NCBI GenBank assembly: GCA_964016885.1
Contig: OZ024741.1
Location: 233,244,001-233,308,000 of the forward strand
Direction of reading: 5' to 3'
Length of the DNA stretch: 64,000 bases
Source: Eledone cirrhosa
Taxonomy: Eukaryota
Shown here in pieces: positions 10,717 through 25,059 of this stretch. The translations under genes and the position numbers were made by a program. Under the pieces are notes generated by a model. The model saw only the letters and a program-made list of their open reading frames with translations. It ran no database searches and was not told the origin of the DNA. Position 1 is the first letter of the stretch. Each line of letters starts with the position of its first letter.

Positions 10717-13700
10717 TTTTTTCTTTATTTGCCACAGGGGCGCACAAAAGTGGGACATTACAAGACGTGAAGGCGGGGGTTTTACATAAAAATAACTTTA
10801 ACATTAATAAATAACAATAAACTATATATAATAAAATGACAATTGAAATCCCTAATAGGGGGGAACGTTACTGCAGGGTTGTTTTACACCCCGTGGATAG
10901 AACAACCCTCAACACCAGGAACACGTTTTGTAGGTGCTCCTGTCTTCCCTCTGTTTATCTTCCTCAACCTACAGGTTTATATACAGAGAAGGCCTATTCA
11001 CTCGGGCCATTTTCGCCACATTCACCCACCTTTCAGCGAATTTACTGGGGTGTAGCACCTCTCTCTCCACTCTCACCTTCCTTCTGAAGTGATACTTAAA
11101 GAAGGGGATAAGTTGTTGTCCTGAGAGAAAGGTGTTTGCCCTCAGTCCTTTTAACCTCGGCCACCATATTACCTCTTTCGCCATAGCCACCAGACACAGG
11201 AAAACCGCCTCTCCTTTGTTCTTAAATGAAGACGGCGGGATGATCCTCACGGTGGACTCGGCTGACAACTGGATGCGTCCCACACGTGACAGCAGCTGTT
11301 CGACATAATTCCACAGGTCGGTCACCCCTGGGCACTGAACAATCGCGTGCAGAACGGTTTCGATGTCCTGCTCGCATCTTGGACAAGTCCTTTTGGCAGG
11401 ATCTCTGCCAGGGCGTCCATGCCTGTAGATTTTGTCTCGAACTGGTAGAGTTCCTCGGTAGCACTGCCAGGCCAAAGACCTCTGGAAGTTATCCATAGGC
11501 TGGTGAGTTTGTCAGACTGGTCAGTTCGTCCTCCCCTATAGAATGTCGAACTGGAGTCTCCGCTGATTGCCGTTTCCGCTTGGTAGAGGGCTGTGAGCAC
11601 CTGTATGCACTCGAGGTGCCAGGCACCCATTTTCAGTCTTCGCTTGACCCAGGACTGCAGCTCTGTTAGTGAGACGAGTTGTGGAAGAGCTTGTCTCACA
11701 AACGACAGCCACACCGGTTCACCGGTCAGGAATACCTGGAGATGGCGTAGCCTCAGCGCGTGTTTGTGCATCATCAGCCACGGCACCCTAGCCCTCCGTT
11801 AGAAGGGTGTTGACAGCAGATGGATCTCCTCACCAATGGGGACTGTTTCTTCCAGAGGAACTTGAAGAGTAGGCGTTCCATTTTGGTAACGTATTCGCGG
11901 GGGCAAGGCACGACTGTCAAGCAGTAGAAGATGAAGGACGCTATGTAAGTGTTTGCCACCCCGGCTCGACCTTTTAAGGAGAGTTTGCACTCAGCCCACT
12001 TCCGGGTGAGTTCAAACACCTTCACCTTCCCCTCGGTCAAGTTTTTGTCCACCTAGAGGTCTGGACCAAACCAAACCCCGAGCAATTTCACCGATCCTCC
12101 GTCCAGCGTTCAACGACGCTGTCGGAAGGCATGGGTTTGCCTCTCCATGTGCCGAGTTGCAAACCGACAGACTTGTTTGGGTTTAGTCTTGCTCCTGTCA
12201 ATTTTTCGTATTCCTGTAATAAGTTACCGATTACCCCGATGTCTGAGGTTTTCGAAACCATTACGGTTACGTCGTCGGCATAAGCCGACGCTGCTTTTCG
12301 CAGTCCTGGTTCGATCGGGATGCCCTGCAACAGCTCCAACTTCCGCAGTAATGGCTCGAGAGCCAGTACATACAGAATGGAGGAGAGAGGGCATCTTTGG
12401 CGGATGGAACGCATGATTTGGAATGGCTCCGATAGGTAACCATTCACTTTGACTGCCGAGCAGATGCTGGTGTGCATGGCAGCGATCCAGCCTCTGAAGA
12501 CTTGACCGAAGCCTTGAGAACCGCTTCCAAGTATTGATGGTCGACCCTATCAAATGCCTTAGACTGATCTAAATTGACCACCGAAGCCAGGTTTACACCC
12601 TAACCTCTCTATGATGTATCGCATGAGGTGGGGGATGTCGTGTATGGACCTGATCGGAATTGCACACGTTTGGGCTTCCCCTACCAGGTTCTCGACGACA
12701 AGCGCCAGCCTTGCTGCTAACACCTTGGCCAAAATCTTTAACTCTGTGTTGAGCAGTTATGGGCCTGAAATTGCTTATCTTATTCCCCTTGTTCTCATCT
12801 TTCCTGATCAGCGTTACTACGCCTCTGCCTACAGAACTGGGAATCCTCCCGTTCTACTGCCAGTTGCAGTAGACTGCTTCGAGGACGCCAGAGAACAAGT
12901 CTGGCATGAGTATGTAAAACTCATAGGGTAGACCATCTAAACTGGGTGATTTGATTTTCCCGCAGCGGCCTAGGGCTTCTTCTATTTCGCCTTCTGTGAT
13001 CGGCCTTTCGCAGCTCTCTGCATCCGTGTTCGAGAGTCGCGTACGCTGTCGATGTAGGAGCTGAAGTCCATCACCTTGCTCGATGTACCGATTTGCCCAA
13101 ACAGTTGTGCAAAGTGCTGCTGGAAGGCCGTGCACATCTGCTTGGATTCAAGTAGAATGAGTCCATCTTTGTCTTGCAAAGATCGAATCGTGGATTTATT
13201 GCCACTTTTCGCCTCTGCCACTCGGGCCCAGGTAACAGTTTTGGCTCCCTCGTTTCTTAGAGCACGTGTTCTACTTCTGACAATACAACCTTCGTGTTCC
13301 ACGTAGAAGAACTGGTCTAGTGCTGTTCTCGCCGCTAGCACGTCAGCTGTACTGCCATTCCTAAGTGCTTCTTCTACTTTAGCTACCAGTTCCTTTTCAG
13401 GTTGTTTTTTTTTTCTAAATCTACTTCCTTGCTAAATGCTATCGATTCTATTCTAATTGCTCTCTTGAGATAGCTCCACAACCTGTTGTTGACGATGGCC
13501 CCCGTCAACTGGCACTTAACTAAGGTGCTAATCCGTTTACTGTAGGCCTTACGCACCGAGGCGAGATGTTTAGCTTCCAGTATCCGGGTCCCTGTCTATG
13601 TGTTATATCAAGGTTAACTATGCAGGTGACTAATTTGTAGTCTGAATAGGCAACCATGTGCATTTGTGGACAGCCTAATGTTTCCTTATCATTCTGTCTA

Positions 13701-14480
13701 ATTAAAAATCTATCTAAATACGATATAGAAGACCCAGTGCGGTTGCTCCACGTCCACAGTGGTGCACTTGGGAAGTCTAGTCGATATCTATCAGCCAGTT
13801 GGAATTGGCTGATGAGATTTTTGAGGCTATTACACCCGCCTCTATTATCATAAGCTCCTACGTAATCCCAACGTGCGTCTAAGGTGCCATTCCAGTCCCC
13901 CGCTAACACTAAGGAGCGAGACGTTCCCAGTAATGGCTCCAAACGCTTGAAGAACTCTGGTCGCGATGTCCCAGTTGGGACATATCGGCCACCAGTCTGA
14001 AAGCTCCACCTTCACTACCATTCACGTCCAGGACCACCAGGCTGCTCCTCGGATCCAAGTGAATCGTCTGTTCTTTGAGATCCAAGTTATTTCGAAACAG
14101 AACAGCAACTCCCCCTCTACCTCCTCGAAATCATCGAACATGGATTAGCTGCTGGTTGTCGTGAATCCTGGATTCGGTGATGGCTATCACATCTATACAA
14201 TGTGACCTGATGTCATTTAAAAACTGGCCCTGTTTCCAGGGCATGCCCAGGCCACGTACATTCAAACATCCAACTTGTATAGTCGCCATGTTGGTGAAGA
14301 AAAGTTAGGGAGAGAAAAGGCAGGAACAGTTACCTTTTAGTTTCATGGAGGTCGGGTTGTTCGATCTCCATGTCCATATTGGTGGTGTTTGGGGGGGGGG
14401 GGATCCTTTTAGCAGGACACGGTAAGGGTTTTTTGGCAAGGGGGGCTCACATCATGTGGGAAGGTCCCTTTCAATGTTTC
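10717..14480 (-). mobile_element. Tx1/L1-clade LINE with near-complete but disrupted ORF2 (APE, RT, zinc knuckle) and 3' UTR
   Basis: Start MATIQVGCLNVRGLG at 14289; LAGDWN, SYLDRF, PGYWKLN; KSPSLDGLPYEFY; AYADDV; CPRCEQDIETVLHAIVQC; stop at 10969; AATAAA and A-rich tail at 10717-10730. Confidence 0.92.
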
Positions 14481-14689
14481 ATGTTGTAGGGTTGTTACCC
14501 TGATCAGTTTGAGGTTTGGGGGTGGGTCGTTGGTGAGGAAGGTTTTCACTTCCGTTTGGATAGTAGGGTCCTTTCGGACAGTTTCTGCTAGTTCTTTGTT
14601 TGTTGTTTTTATGTATGTGTAATGTGTTTTGTTTTTTATGTGTACTGTATCAGGTAGGTGGGTAGGTAGATAGATAGGCAATACTCCGT

Positions 14690-14815
14690 ATTATAGATAC
14701 TCTAAACAGCATTCAAAAGCTAATGCGAATAAATTATTTTATTTTGCTGTGAGAAAGTTGAGCAGTTTAACGTTTCGGGGCCTTAGATCCGTCGCCGAAA
14801 AGAGATAAAATGTTT
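14690..14815 (-). repeat. Probable Penelope-like end with a strongly decayed hammerhead core
   Basis: Reverse complement cggcga-cggatc-taa-ggcccc-GAAAC-GTT; only the 3' half of the core is intact. Confidence 0.35.
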
Positions 14816-15779
14816 ATAATTAATTAGATAAAAATATAGTGTTGAATAAATAGATTAAAGGTAGTGAGAATAAGAAAACTAGCTGTCTGAATATTGGGAA
14901 TCTGAAATAAAGTCTTAGTAGATAACATTTACTTGCAACCTAGGATAGAATTGCAATCTCTCACTTTCCAGTCTTCTGGACTGCTGCCCAACTGTAAACT
15001 CCATCTCACTTACAATACAAGGTGGTTCCCATGGTAATATGGAATTCATAATGTCAGTTCTAGTAGGTGGACGTGTGTCTACAAGTTGTATCGGGGTAGA
15101 TTTGCCAGGGAAGTGGGAATTTAGGTATACGCTCACATTTTCAAGTGTAATATAAACTTTGTGTAGTAGCTTAGTTGGTGGAATTATTCGAGTTTTAATG
15201 CAGTATTTTAGAACTAAATGGGGGTGATGGTGTAACAGAGTGAGGGTGAACCTTCAAAGCTGTACGTTGAGGTTGCTTGAGGTAAGTTAATGTTGTATGT
15301 AGGAATAAAATGTGTGAAGGACATATAAGGTCGTTTGTTTCTTTTAAAGGCTTAGCTTTGTTTTGGTCTTGATTGAGGTGGGGAGGGGGGGGCAATTATC
15401 CTCAGACTCGAGAATGGGCCCAATTGCTTGCATTAAAGTGGATTCCACTAAAGTCACTTTTTAATTGGAGTCTCATCAGAGTATATGTACATCAGACAAT
15501 CAAATACGTGACCGTTGGCCTTTTAAAGTCATGTAAATGTAGTAGTAATCAAGAAAAGTCGTAATAATTTGCATATTTTAGTTCCTATGTTTTAGTTAAA
15601 TTAATGTATATTACTGTATTTTATGACATATAAAATCCCCTTTTTCGCAAGTCTTATATGAGAGTTGAGGTATCTGGTAAGCTAATTTTTTCCCAGACGC
15701 CGTAGACTACCAGTTCTACCTAGCCTAATTCCATAATATAGTATTATTATTTAATATGTTTTCTTCACTCAGCTTCTAA

Positions 15780-16260
15780 TGTTAGGGATGTATTACGGCG
15801 TTAGCTGTTCACTGACCGTGAATACAAGTAATACCCCTTATTTGTCAAGCACCTTCCGGAGTATTCGGGCTGTTCTAATCAGTACGGTTTTCTACAAGTG
15901 CTTCACCTGTATTGCAACCCCTATTTGTGCAATGTACTTCTCAAGATCTTTACTTACTGCTCCTAAGGATCCAATTATTATTGGTATTACTATAACCTTT
16001 TCAGAGACTACAACTGTTTAACCTCCCAAGCTAACTTGCATCTATCGACTTTTTTCATTCTTTATCGCATACCTTATTATTAGTTTAAATGCCATATCTA
16101 TGATCCAAACACCGTTTGCTTTCTTTATCAATTATCACTATATCTGGTTTCCTATGCTCCATCCCATGGTCACACTGCATTACAAAATCCCACAGTGTTT
16201 ATGTTCGTACATGTCAAGTCCAAACTTGCCGCAAAGTGCCCAAAGGACTATCTTTGCTAC
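15780..16260 (-). mobile_element. R4/Dong-like non-LTR retroposon 3' fragment (restriction-like endonuclease)
   Basis: LWDFVMQCDHGMEHRKPDIVIIDKE, then PIIIGSLGAVSKDLEKY...TARILRKVL. Confidence 0.8.
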
Positions 16261-16261
16261 A

Positions 16262-16439
16262 TCTAAATAATAGGACACATAAGCTCTAAATAATAGGACA
16301 CATAACGAAAAAAAATGGTTACTAGTATGTCCATCAGTAGCATTTCTGCTCGGCAAGCATAAAGATGTGGATCTGTGTCCCGTGGGTGCTAATGTCCATT
16401 TATTTCTGTTAAGGGGGCTTATATGCCCTATTATTTAGA
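16262..16439. mobile_element. Small MITE-like element with ~25-bp terminal inverted repeats (TIRs)
   Basis: tctaaataataggacacataagctc ... gggcttatatgccctattatttaga; the left TIR is tandemly duplicated. Confidence 0.6.
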
Positions 16440-16919
16440 CTATTTTTCTGTAATAAAAAATTTCGATGAAGCTTACAATAACTTTCTCTTAAATTTGTTT
16501 ATTTAGTTATTTATTTAGCCACAGTAATATCTGCCCAGTAAAATTTCTAACGATGAATAATTCTCAGTGCATTGAATTGAGGCTTTATATTATATCTTCC
16601 ATATTCTTTGAAAAATACCAGATAGATGTTGCCTCGTGGTTCTAGCGGAGGGAATTGCGAATGCATTACCCTTAGAGGATAGCTACCTCTGTCCCGATTT
16701 CAGTAAGTAGGTAGATGGTCCAAGGACCCACTTTTGTAGCAATTCTTAAAATACAGGAAATAAAAAAATAATTCAGTACACTTTCAAATAACTGGGGAAT
16801 CAGCGTACTGACATCATGTAGAATTGGAGATGATAGTAAGATATTTCCTATATTTAGTTTTTAATGTAGAAGAAAGTAGGCTATATTGGAAATGTTTACC
16901 TACTAAACACGTAGTTTAT

Positions 16920-17195
16920 TGTTTAGGCAATTCAGCTCACGATCGTAAGGACGTGTCTTCACTTCCCCCGGCGGCGTGTTGTGTTATTTATTCCACTCAG
17001 CTGGCAAAAATTAATTGCACCTGTAATTCAAAGGTCTGGTCTTACTACACACTCTGTCGTGATAAATCACCGCGAGAACTACGTTAAGAGTACACGAGTC
17101 TGTAGAATGCTCAGCCACTTGCTTGTTAATTTCACAAGCAAGCTGTTTCTGTGAATCTACCCAACTGGAGCACTCGTTGTCGGAAACGATGGAAA
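16920..17195 (+). mobile_element. SINE family B
   Basis: Homologous to 53590-53905 and 54795-55130 (gagaactacgttaagagtacacgagtctgtagaatgctcagccacttg...). Confidence 0.75.
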
Positions 17196-17239
17196 TCCAA
17201 CACACCACCTTCTACAATTTTATTTCAGAGGAAGAAAAA

Positions 17240-18085
17240 ATGTCAAAGCAATAAAATGTTGCAGTTTTTCAAATTTGTATTGACTTTGGCTTTCTTTAGC
17301 AATAGGAAAATTTTACAAGTCAAAATAATCGCCATCATTTGCGATTGCCATCTGACGTCGTTTAGGAAGGCACATGACTCCATCCCTATAGAATTCTTCT
17401 GACTTCGATGCAAAGAATTCTGTCAGCCACTGATTTAACTGGTTCTCATTGATGAAGGTCTTTGACTGCATTGAATTGCTTATTGAGAGAAAAAGGTGAT
17501 AGTATGTAGGCGTGAGGTCGGGCAAACACGGTGGGTGGCGCAGAACTTCCCAGCCTAGCCCCAGCAGCTTCTCGTGGGTCATCCTTGATATATGAGGCCG
17601 AATGTTACCCTGGAGGAATCGAACAGGACCATAGTGTCGGCGCACCTGTGCGATTTTCACCGCCAATCTGTCAGGTTGTTGGCAATAGACGTCAGAGATT
17701 ATGCTGGTGTTCGGTGTGAGCAGCTTGTGGTGGATGACACCTTTCCAGTCCCACTAGACACGCAGTATGGCCTTGCGTCGATGGAGGCCAGCCTCTGCTT
17801 GCCGTTGTGGCGTACTCCTTTTATCAGCTCACGATCGCTTTCATTTGACATTAATGTGGTGGATTGGCAGTATCGGTAGAGATTCGGACACCATGCTTTG
17901 ACGCATTGACTTACGGCCCTTGCCATTCTGAGTTCTAATCCCGCCGAGGTTAACTTTGCCTTTCATCCTTACGAGGTCGATAAAATAAAGTACCAGTAAT
18001 GTACTGGGTAATTGCTGGCCTTGTGCCAAATCTAGAAACAATTAATGTAGAGACACCATTTTTCATCACCAGTGACAATGACTGC
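17240..18085 (-). mobile_element. mariner (DD34D-type) transposase fossil interrupted by a SINE
   Basis: IVTGDEKWCLYI (18045-18082) resumes as NVK after the SINE. Then NIRPH...GWEVLRHPPCLPDLTPTYYHLFLS...FYRDG..LPKR...DGDYFD. Confidence 0.88.
17858..18041 (+). mobile_element. SINE family A inside the mariner fossil
   Basis: Consensus match; TSD attaatgt. Confidence 0.9.
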
Positions 18086-18089
18086 GTTC

Positions 18090-19020
18090 TTCTTCGGGGC
18101 CTGTTGGGGAAGATTGTGCAAGATTATGGCAGCTTCTTGCTACCCTGGTGTCTCTAAACGAATGCCCGAGTATTTGTGTTCGGATAAATGAGGCTAAATC
18201 GAAATAATTCAATGCAGGAGACAAACTCCGCCAAGGGTGCGTACTGTCACCTCTGTTGTTCGTTATTTCCATGAACAGGATTGACATGCTCAGTCGGGTT
18301 GGAAATGGTACCACGACTGGCGGGTGTAAGATCAGTCGACTGGAATTTGCAGACGACACAGTGTTAACTTGACAGAAGGTGCTGCTTGGCTGGAATATAA
18401 ATCACAGGAGACTAAATTAAGTGCAAGAATTACAGGAGCTGATGCAGTAATGCACCAGTTTAAGCATTCGGTAACCAGAAGAAAGCTAGTAGGTGTAAAA
18501 GCCAAATTCGCTATCTTCAGTTCGGTGTTCGTGCCAACCCTTAACTATGGTCATGAATCTTGGGTAGTGACCGAAAGAATGCGATCGCAAATACAAGCGG
18601 CCGAAATGGGGTTCCTCCGATGGGTCTTTGGAATAATGTTACTCGGTAGAGTGCGTAGCTCGGTGATCTGAGAGTCACTCCAGGTAGAGCTGCTGCTTAT
18701 CCGAATTGAGAGATCACAGCTCCGATACTATGGGCATGGCTGGTCTCGTTTGGGGATCCAGTTGGAGACGGCTGCCTCTGACAGGACTCGCTGGAAGGAG
18801 TGTTTGATGACTCTACTCCCATGACCCTCTCAAGAAGAAGAAGAAGAAGAAGAAGAAGAAGAAGAAGAAGAAGAAGAAGAAGAAGAAGAAGAAGAAGAAG
18901 AAGAAGAAGAAGAAGAAGAAGAAGAAGAAGAAGAAGAAGAAGAAGAAGAAGAAGAAGAAGAAGAAGAAGAAGAAGAAGAAGAAGAAGAAGAAGAAGAAGA
19001 AGAAGAAGAAGAAGAAGAAG
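18090..19020 (+). mobile_element. RTE-clade LINE 3' fragment with long (AAG)n tail (18832-19020)
   Basis: RQGCVLSPLLF, LEFADD, PTLNYGHESWVVTER...AAEMGFLR. Same family as 31520-33225 and 48060-49488. Confidence 0.88.
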
Positions 19021-19029
19021 ATATACACA

Positions 19030-19960
19030 CACGCAGAGCGACTCAAATAAAGCTGACCCAATTTTTATTTTTTTCAACATTATTCATTTTTTTGAGAAAA
19101 ACTGCTGAATACATTTAGTTCAAACCATTTAAAACAACATATCAAAATCTCGCCGTCTTCTGATGTTTCTGTCCAGAGTTACTAAGTCTGTTTCATGTGA
19201 TCCCCAGTTGAATACATGCATTTCTGAAATGCATGGTTAAGTTTTGTATAACGACTTTATTACAATCCTAGGAATGGCTCTGATCTCTTCCCTGGTGTTT
19301 TCCTTTGATTAGGTTTGTTGATATATACCCTATCCTTCAGATAACCCCCAAAGAAAGAAATCTGTGAGGCTTAAATCAGAGCTGTGTGGGGCCCATTCAA
19401 AATCAATTTTCAAACTGATCGCACAATTTCCAAAGTTATTTTTCAGTCATTCTCGTGGTTTATTGGAGATGTTAGGGCTTACTCCCTCTTGTTGGAACCA
19501 GAACTTGTTCAATAGAGATGGGTTCATTGTCTGTAGTTCCTTTTTTAACTCTTCCAGGGCCTCCACATGGCGTTCCTTTGTGACAGCAGTTACACCATTT
19601 TTTACAAAGAAGGATGTGCCAATCAACATTCTATCAGAATGGCTGGCCAGACGGTTCATTTTGCCAAAATGAGAGGTTTCACAACCACTTCAGTGTGTTT
19701 CTCTGCCCCCAATGCATTGTTCTTAAAGTTGATCTCCTCTAAGTGAAAGTGGGCTTCATCAAAGGTCCATAGCAGATTCTGAAAATTTAGGTTGTTTTCC
19801 ATTTTCTCAGTCATAACCTATCTCTTAGTCTTATCAAGTACAGTAAGCTTTTGTTTAGTTTGGACAACCCTTCTCCAAGTTTCTGTGGAGAGAATTGGCT
19901 TCTGCGCAGCGATCGTTTAGTCCCTATTCAATAGATTCTCATGTCAATAACTATCTGTGA
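19030..19960 (-). mobile_element. Tc1/mariner superfamily DD41D (rosa/Visitor-like) transposase fossil
   Basis: WTFDEAHFHL, then FWFQQEG-x-WAPHSSDLSLTDFFLWG with 41 residues counted between the second and third catalytic positions. Confidence 0.8.
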
Positions 19961-21074
19961 ACGCTTTCTGGATCATCATTGTTATGTTTAGAATGCTTTT
20001 GCTTTATGGAGGCCCAAACAATAGCATGCAATGCATGACTTATCGTTAGTGTTCAATTCGTGGAGTTTTATTGAACAGCTGTTATTGAGCGTCAGACGAA
20101 TCCCTCGTGAACATCACCCTGCCACCTTCATTTTGCCGAGAAGGACAGATAACTTTCCATTGTCTAGTGGCTGTGGTGGAATAGAAAATGTCATGGATGA
20201 AGCTGAAAGCACATAAGATGGGCACTTTCCTCTTCAACCAAGTTCTCGTCGAATTTTTTAAATTTCACTTGGAAAAGGGATACCCCATCTCCTTTCCAGA
20301 AAATTTACTGAACGGTGAGAATTATTAAGTCTGGGTAATAATAGCAAATGTGTACATTGAAAAACGGACATGTACGACAAACGAAGGCAAATAACTATTC
20401 TCCTCTTCATTCACACTCCTCTTTGAAATAAAATGTCATACGTTAGAGTGGAATTTTATTATTATAGCCAGGTCAAGTAGTACTTTAAAAAAACTTTCTT
20501 TTTTTTTTTTAGGCACAGGGGAGATCTATAAGACAAAGTAACTGAACAGAAAATAAACGTCATATGTGAATACAAACGAGTATTTCTGCTCAAACAGCAT
20601 ACTATAATGTGAAAAACAGAAGTATATGTAAAATGGGTAAAGCTAGAAAGGAAGAAAATGTAGGGATTCTCATCCAGAAAGTTGGAAGAGGGGGGACTAG
20701 AATTAGAAAGAAAAAAAGATAGTGGTTGTCACGCAAGTGAACAATTATGTAGTACTTATATTAACACTTTGACTTATTTCTACGGTTATCAGTAGTTTCA
20801 TAGATGTAAAAATATTCAACTTTTACAAGTGTCTGAAAATATTTCTACACTGAGCTGATCATAATTCTCTTCCCACGCTTTCTTCAGAGACAATATCTGA
20901 TGACTTAACTATTTCGGTGAAAGCTTCCAGCAGATATCAGAATTCTGCGGCTTTTTATATGAAAGCAGCGGCTTTTCTCTACAGATCGATCTAGCATCCC
21001 AGGGGATGGAATCAGTCCTGGTATTTTTGGAGAAATACTATATGTATTTATGTATGTATGCATGTATGTATGCA

Positions 21075-24000
21075 TTTATGTATGTCTGTCTGTATGTACG
21101 AATGCATATATTTATGTATGTCTGTATGTATGTACGAATGCATATATTTATGTATGTCTGTATGTATGTACGAATGCATATATTTATGTATGTCTGTATG
21201 TATGTACGAATGCATATATTTATGTATGTCTGTATGTATGTACGAATGCATATATTTATGTATGTCTGTATGTATGTACGAATGCATATATTTATGTATG
21301 TCTGTATGTATGTACGAATGCATATATTTATGTATGTCTGTATGTATGTACGAATGCATATATTTATGTATGTCTGTCTGTATGTACGAATGCATATATT
21401 TATGTATGTCTGTATGTATGTACGAATGCATATATTTATGTATGTCTGTATGTATGTACGAATGCATATATTTATGTATGTCTGTATGTATGTACGAATG
21501 CATATATTTATGTATGTCTGTATGTATGTACGAATGCATATATTTATGTATGTCTGTATGTATGTACGAATGCATATATTTACGTATGTCTGTATGTATG
21601 TACGAATGCATATATTTATGTATGTCTGTATGTATGTACGAATGCATATATTTATGTATGTCTGTCTGTATGTACGAATGCATATATTTATGTATGTCTG
21701 TATGTATGTACGAATGCATATATTTATGTATGTCTGTATGTATGTACGAATGCATATATTTATGTATGTCTGTATGTATGTACGAATGCATATATTTATG
21801 TATGTCTGTATGTATGTACGAATGCATATATTTATGTATGTCTGTATGTATGTACGAATGCATATATTTATGTATGTCTGTATGTATGTACGAATGCATA
21901 TATTTATGTATGTCTGTATGTATGTACGAATGCATATATTTATGTATGTCTGTATGTATGTACGAATGCATATATTTATGTATGTCTGTATGTATGTACG
22001 AATGCATATATTTATGTATGTCTGTATGTATGTACGAATGCATATATTTATGTATGTCTGTATGTATGTACGAATGCATATATTTATGTATGTCTGTCTG
22101 TATGTACGAATGCATATATTTATGTATGTCTGTCTGTATGTACGAATGCATATATTTATGTATGTCTGTATGTATGTACGAATGCATATATTTATGTATG
22201 TCTGTATGTATGTACGAATGCATATATTTATGTATGTCTGTATGTATGTACGAATGCATATATTTATGTATGTCTGTATGTATGTACGAATGCATATATT
22301 TATGTATGTCTGTATGTATGTACGAATGCATATATTTATGTATGTCTGTATGTATGTACGAATGCATATATTTATGTATGTCTGTATGTATGTACGAATG
22401 CATATATTTATGTATGTCTGTCTGTATGTACGAATGCATATATTTATGTATGTCTGTATGTATGTACGAATGCATATATTTATGTATGTCTGTATGTATG
22501 TACGAATGCATATATTTATGTATGTCTGTCTGTATGTACGAATGCATATATTTATGTATGTCTGTATGTATGTACGAATGCATATATTTATGTATGTCTG
22601 TATGTATGTACGAATGCATATATTTATGTATGTCTGTCTGTATGTACGAATGCATATATTTATGTATGTCTGTATGTATGTACGAATGCATATATTTATG
22701 TATGTCTGTATGTATGTACGAATGCATATATTTATGTATGTCTGTATGTATGTACGAATGCATATATTTATGTATGTCTGTATGTATGTACGAATGCATA
22801 TATTTATGTATGTCTGTCTGTATGTACGAATGCATATATTTATGTATGTCTGTATGTATGTACGAATGCATATATTTATGTATGTCTGTATGTATGTACG
22901 AATGCATATATTTATGTATGTCTGTATGTATGTACGAATGCATATATTTATGTATGTCTGTATGTATGTACGAATGCATATATTTATGTATGTCTGTATG
23001 TATGTACGAATGCATATATTTATGTATGTCTGTATGTATGTACGAATGCATATATTTATGTATGTCTGTCTGTATGTACGAATGCATATATTTATGTATG
23101 TCTGTATGTATGTACGAATGCATATATTTATGTATGTCTGTATGTATGTACGAATGCATATATTTATGTATGTCTGTATGTATGTACGAATGCATATATT
23201 TATGTATGTCTGTCTGTATGTACGAATGCATATATTTATGTATGTCTGTATGTATGTACGAATGCATATATTTATGTATGTCTGTATGTATGTACGAATG
23301 CATATATTTATGTATGTCTGTATGTATGTACGAATGCATATATTTATGTATGTCTGTATGTATGTACGAATGCATATATTTATGTATGTCTGTATGTATG
23401 TACGAATGCATATATTTATGTATGTCTGTATGTATGTACGAATGCATATATTTATGTATGTCTGTATGTATGTACGAATGCATATATTTATGTATGTCTG
23501 TCTGTATGTACGAATGCATATATTTATGTATGTCTGTATGTATGTACGAATGCATATATTTATGTATGTCTGTATGTATGTACGAATGCATATATTTATG
23601 TATGTCTGTATGTATGTACGAATGCATATATTTATGTATGTCTGTATGTATGTACGAATGCATATATTTATGTATGTCTGTATGTATGTACGAATGCATA
23701 TATTTATGTATGTCTGTATGTATGTACGAATGCATATATTTATGTATGTCTGTATGTATGTACGAATGCATATATTTATGTATGTCTGTATGTATGTACG
23801 AATGCATATATTTATGTATGTCTGTATGTATGTACGAATGCATATATTTATGTATGTCTGTATGTATGTACGAATGCATATATTTATGTATGTCTGTATG
23901 TATGTACGAATGCATATATTTATGTATGTCTGTATGTATGTACGAATGCATATATTTATGTATGTCTGTATGTATGTACGAATGCATATATTTATGTATG
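21075..24000 (+). repeat. 36-bp minisatellite, about 81 near-identical copies
   Basis: Unit ATGT ATGT CTGT ATGT ATGT ACGA ATGC ATAT ATTT (12-aa period in the ORF track); degrades into (ATGY)n up to about 24560. Confidence 0.97.
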
Positions 24001-24749
24001 TATGCAGTTATGTATTCATGTATGTATGTATATATGTATGTATGAATACATGTATTTATGTATGTGTTTTATGCATGTATGTATGCCTATATGTATGTAT
24101 GAATGCATGTATTTATGTATGCATGCATGCATACATGTATGTATGTATTATGTATGCATGCATTTAAGTACATATGTATGCGTGCATTTATGTATTTATG
24201 TATGTATGCATGCATTTCTTAAGTATGTATTCACGCAATATGTATGGGTGTGTATTTATGTATACATGAATTTATGTATGTATGCATACATGCATGCATG
24301 TATGCATGTATGCATGTATGCATACATGTATGTATGCATCATGTATGAGAATGTGTGTCTCATCATGTATGTATGAGAATGTGTGTCTGTGGGTCTGTTT
24401 GTGAGTGTGTACCAATCTAAGAATGCGCGTGTGCATGTCAGTCTGTGTATGTGTATATGTATATGTATTTATGTATGTTCTTCTTGTATATGAATGTATT
24501 TATAAGTCTGTATGCATATATATATATATACCAGTCTGTATATATATGTATGCTAATCTACGTGTATATGTGTTTATATATAGGACGAGTGAGTGGGGTG
24601 ATTCCGAAGTTTCGATGTGGGATTGGGTAGGAGCCAATGACAGGAGTTAAAAAGATTAAGTTTTACCATGTTTTCTGTGGTGTCAGGTTGAAGTGTGTGT
24701 GTGTGGTGTGGGGGGGGGGGGAGAACGAAGAAGTCAAAGTAGATAGCAA

Positions 24750-24830
24750 TGGTGGCAGAGGTGGTAATGGTAGCGGTGGTAGAGGTAGTGTTAGTGGTGA
24801 CGGTGGTGGTGGTGGTGGTGGTGCTGTTGC

Positions 24831-24865
<35 letters not shown>

Positions 24866-24935
24866 CTGATGTTGATGCTGGTACAGGTGGTGGTGGTGGT
24901 GGTGGTGGTGGTGATGGTGGTGGTGGTGATGGTTG
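24750..24935. repeat. (GGT)n/(GAT)n compound microsatellite
   Basis: Direct read. Confidence 0.92.
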
Positions 24936-25059
24936 TCATGCACACAAGGTTTCCGGCATCTGTGATGGTCCTGGGAGTTGTGAGCAGCAAGGGAGATATC
25001 ATGCCTCCTCACTTCTTTCTTCGTGGCTTGATGGTCAATGTTGTTGACTGAAGGTGTTG

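Noticed and set aside
18697-19108. Poly-Arg/Leu/Ser/Phe ORFs
   Set aside because: These read through the (AAG)n tail of an RTE LINE.
20895-20940. Hammerhead or C/D snoRNA at ctgatgacttaactatttcggtgaaagc
   Set aside because: No convincing stem II or stem I in the right register.
21006-24376. Four ORFs of about 1000 aa
   Set aside because: They are readings of a 36-bp repeat that lacks stops in those frames; the overlap of all frames argues against coding.
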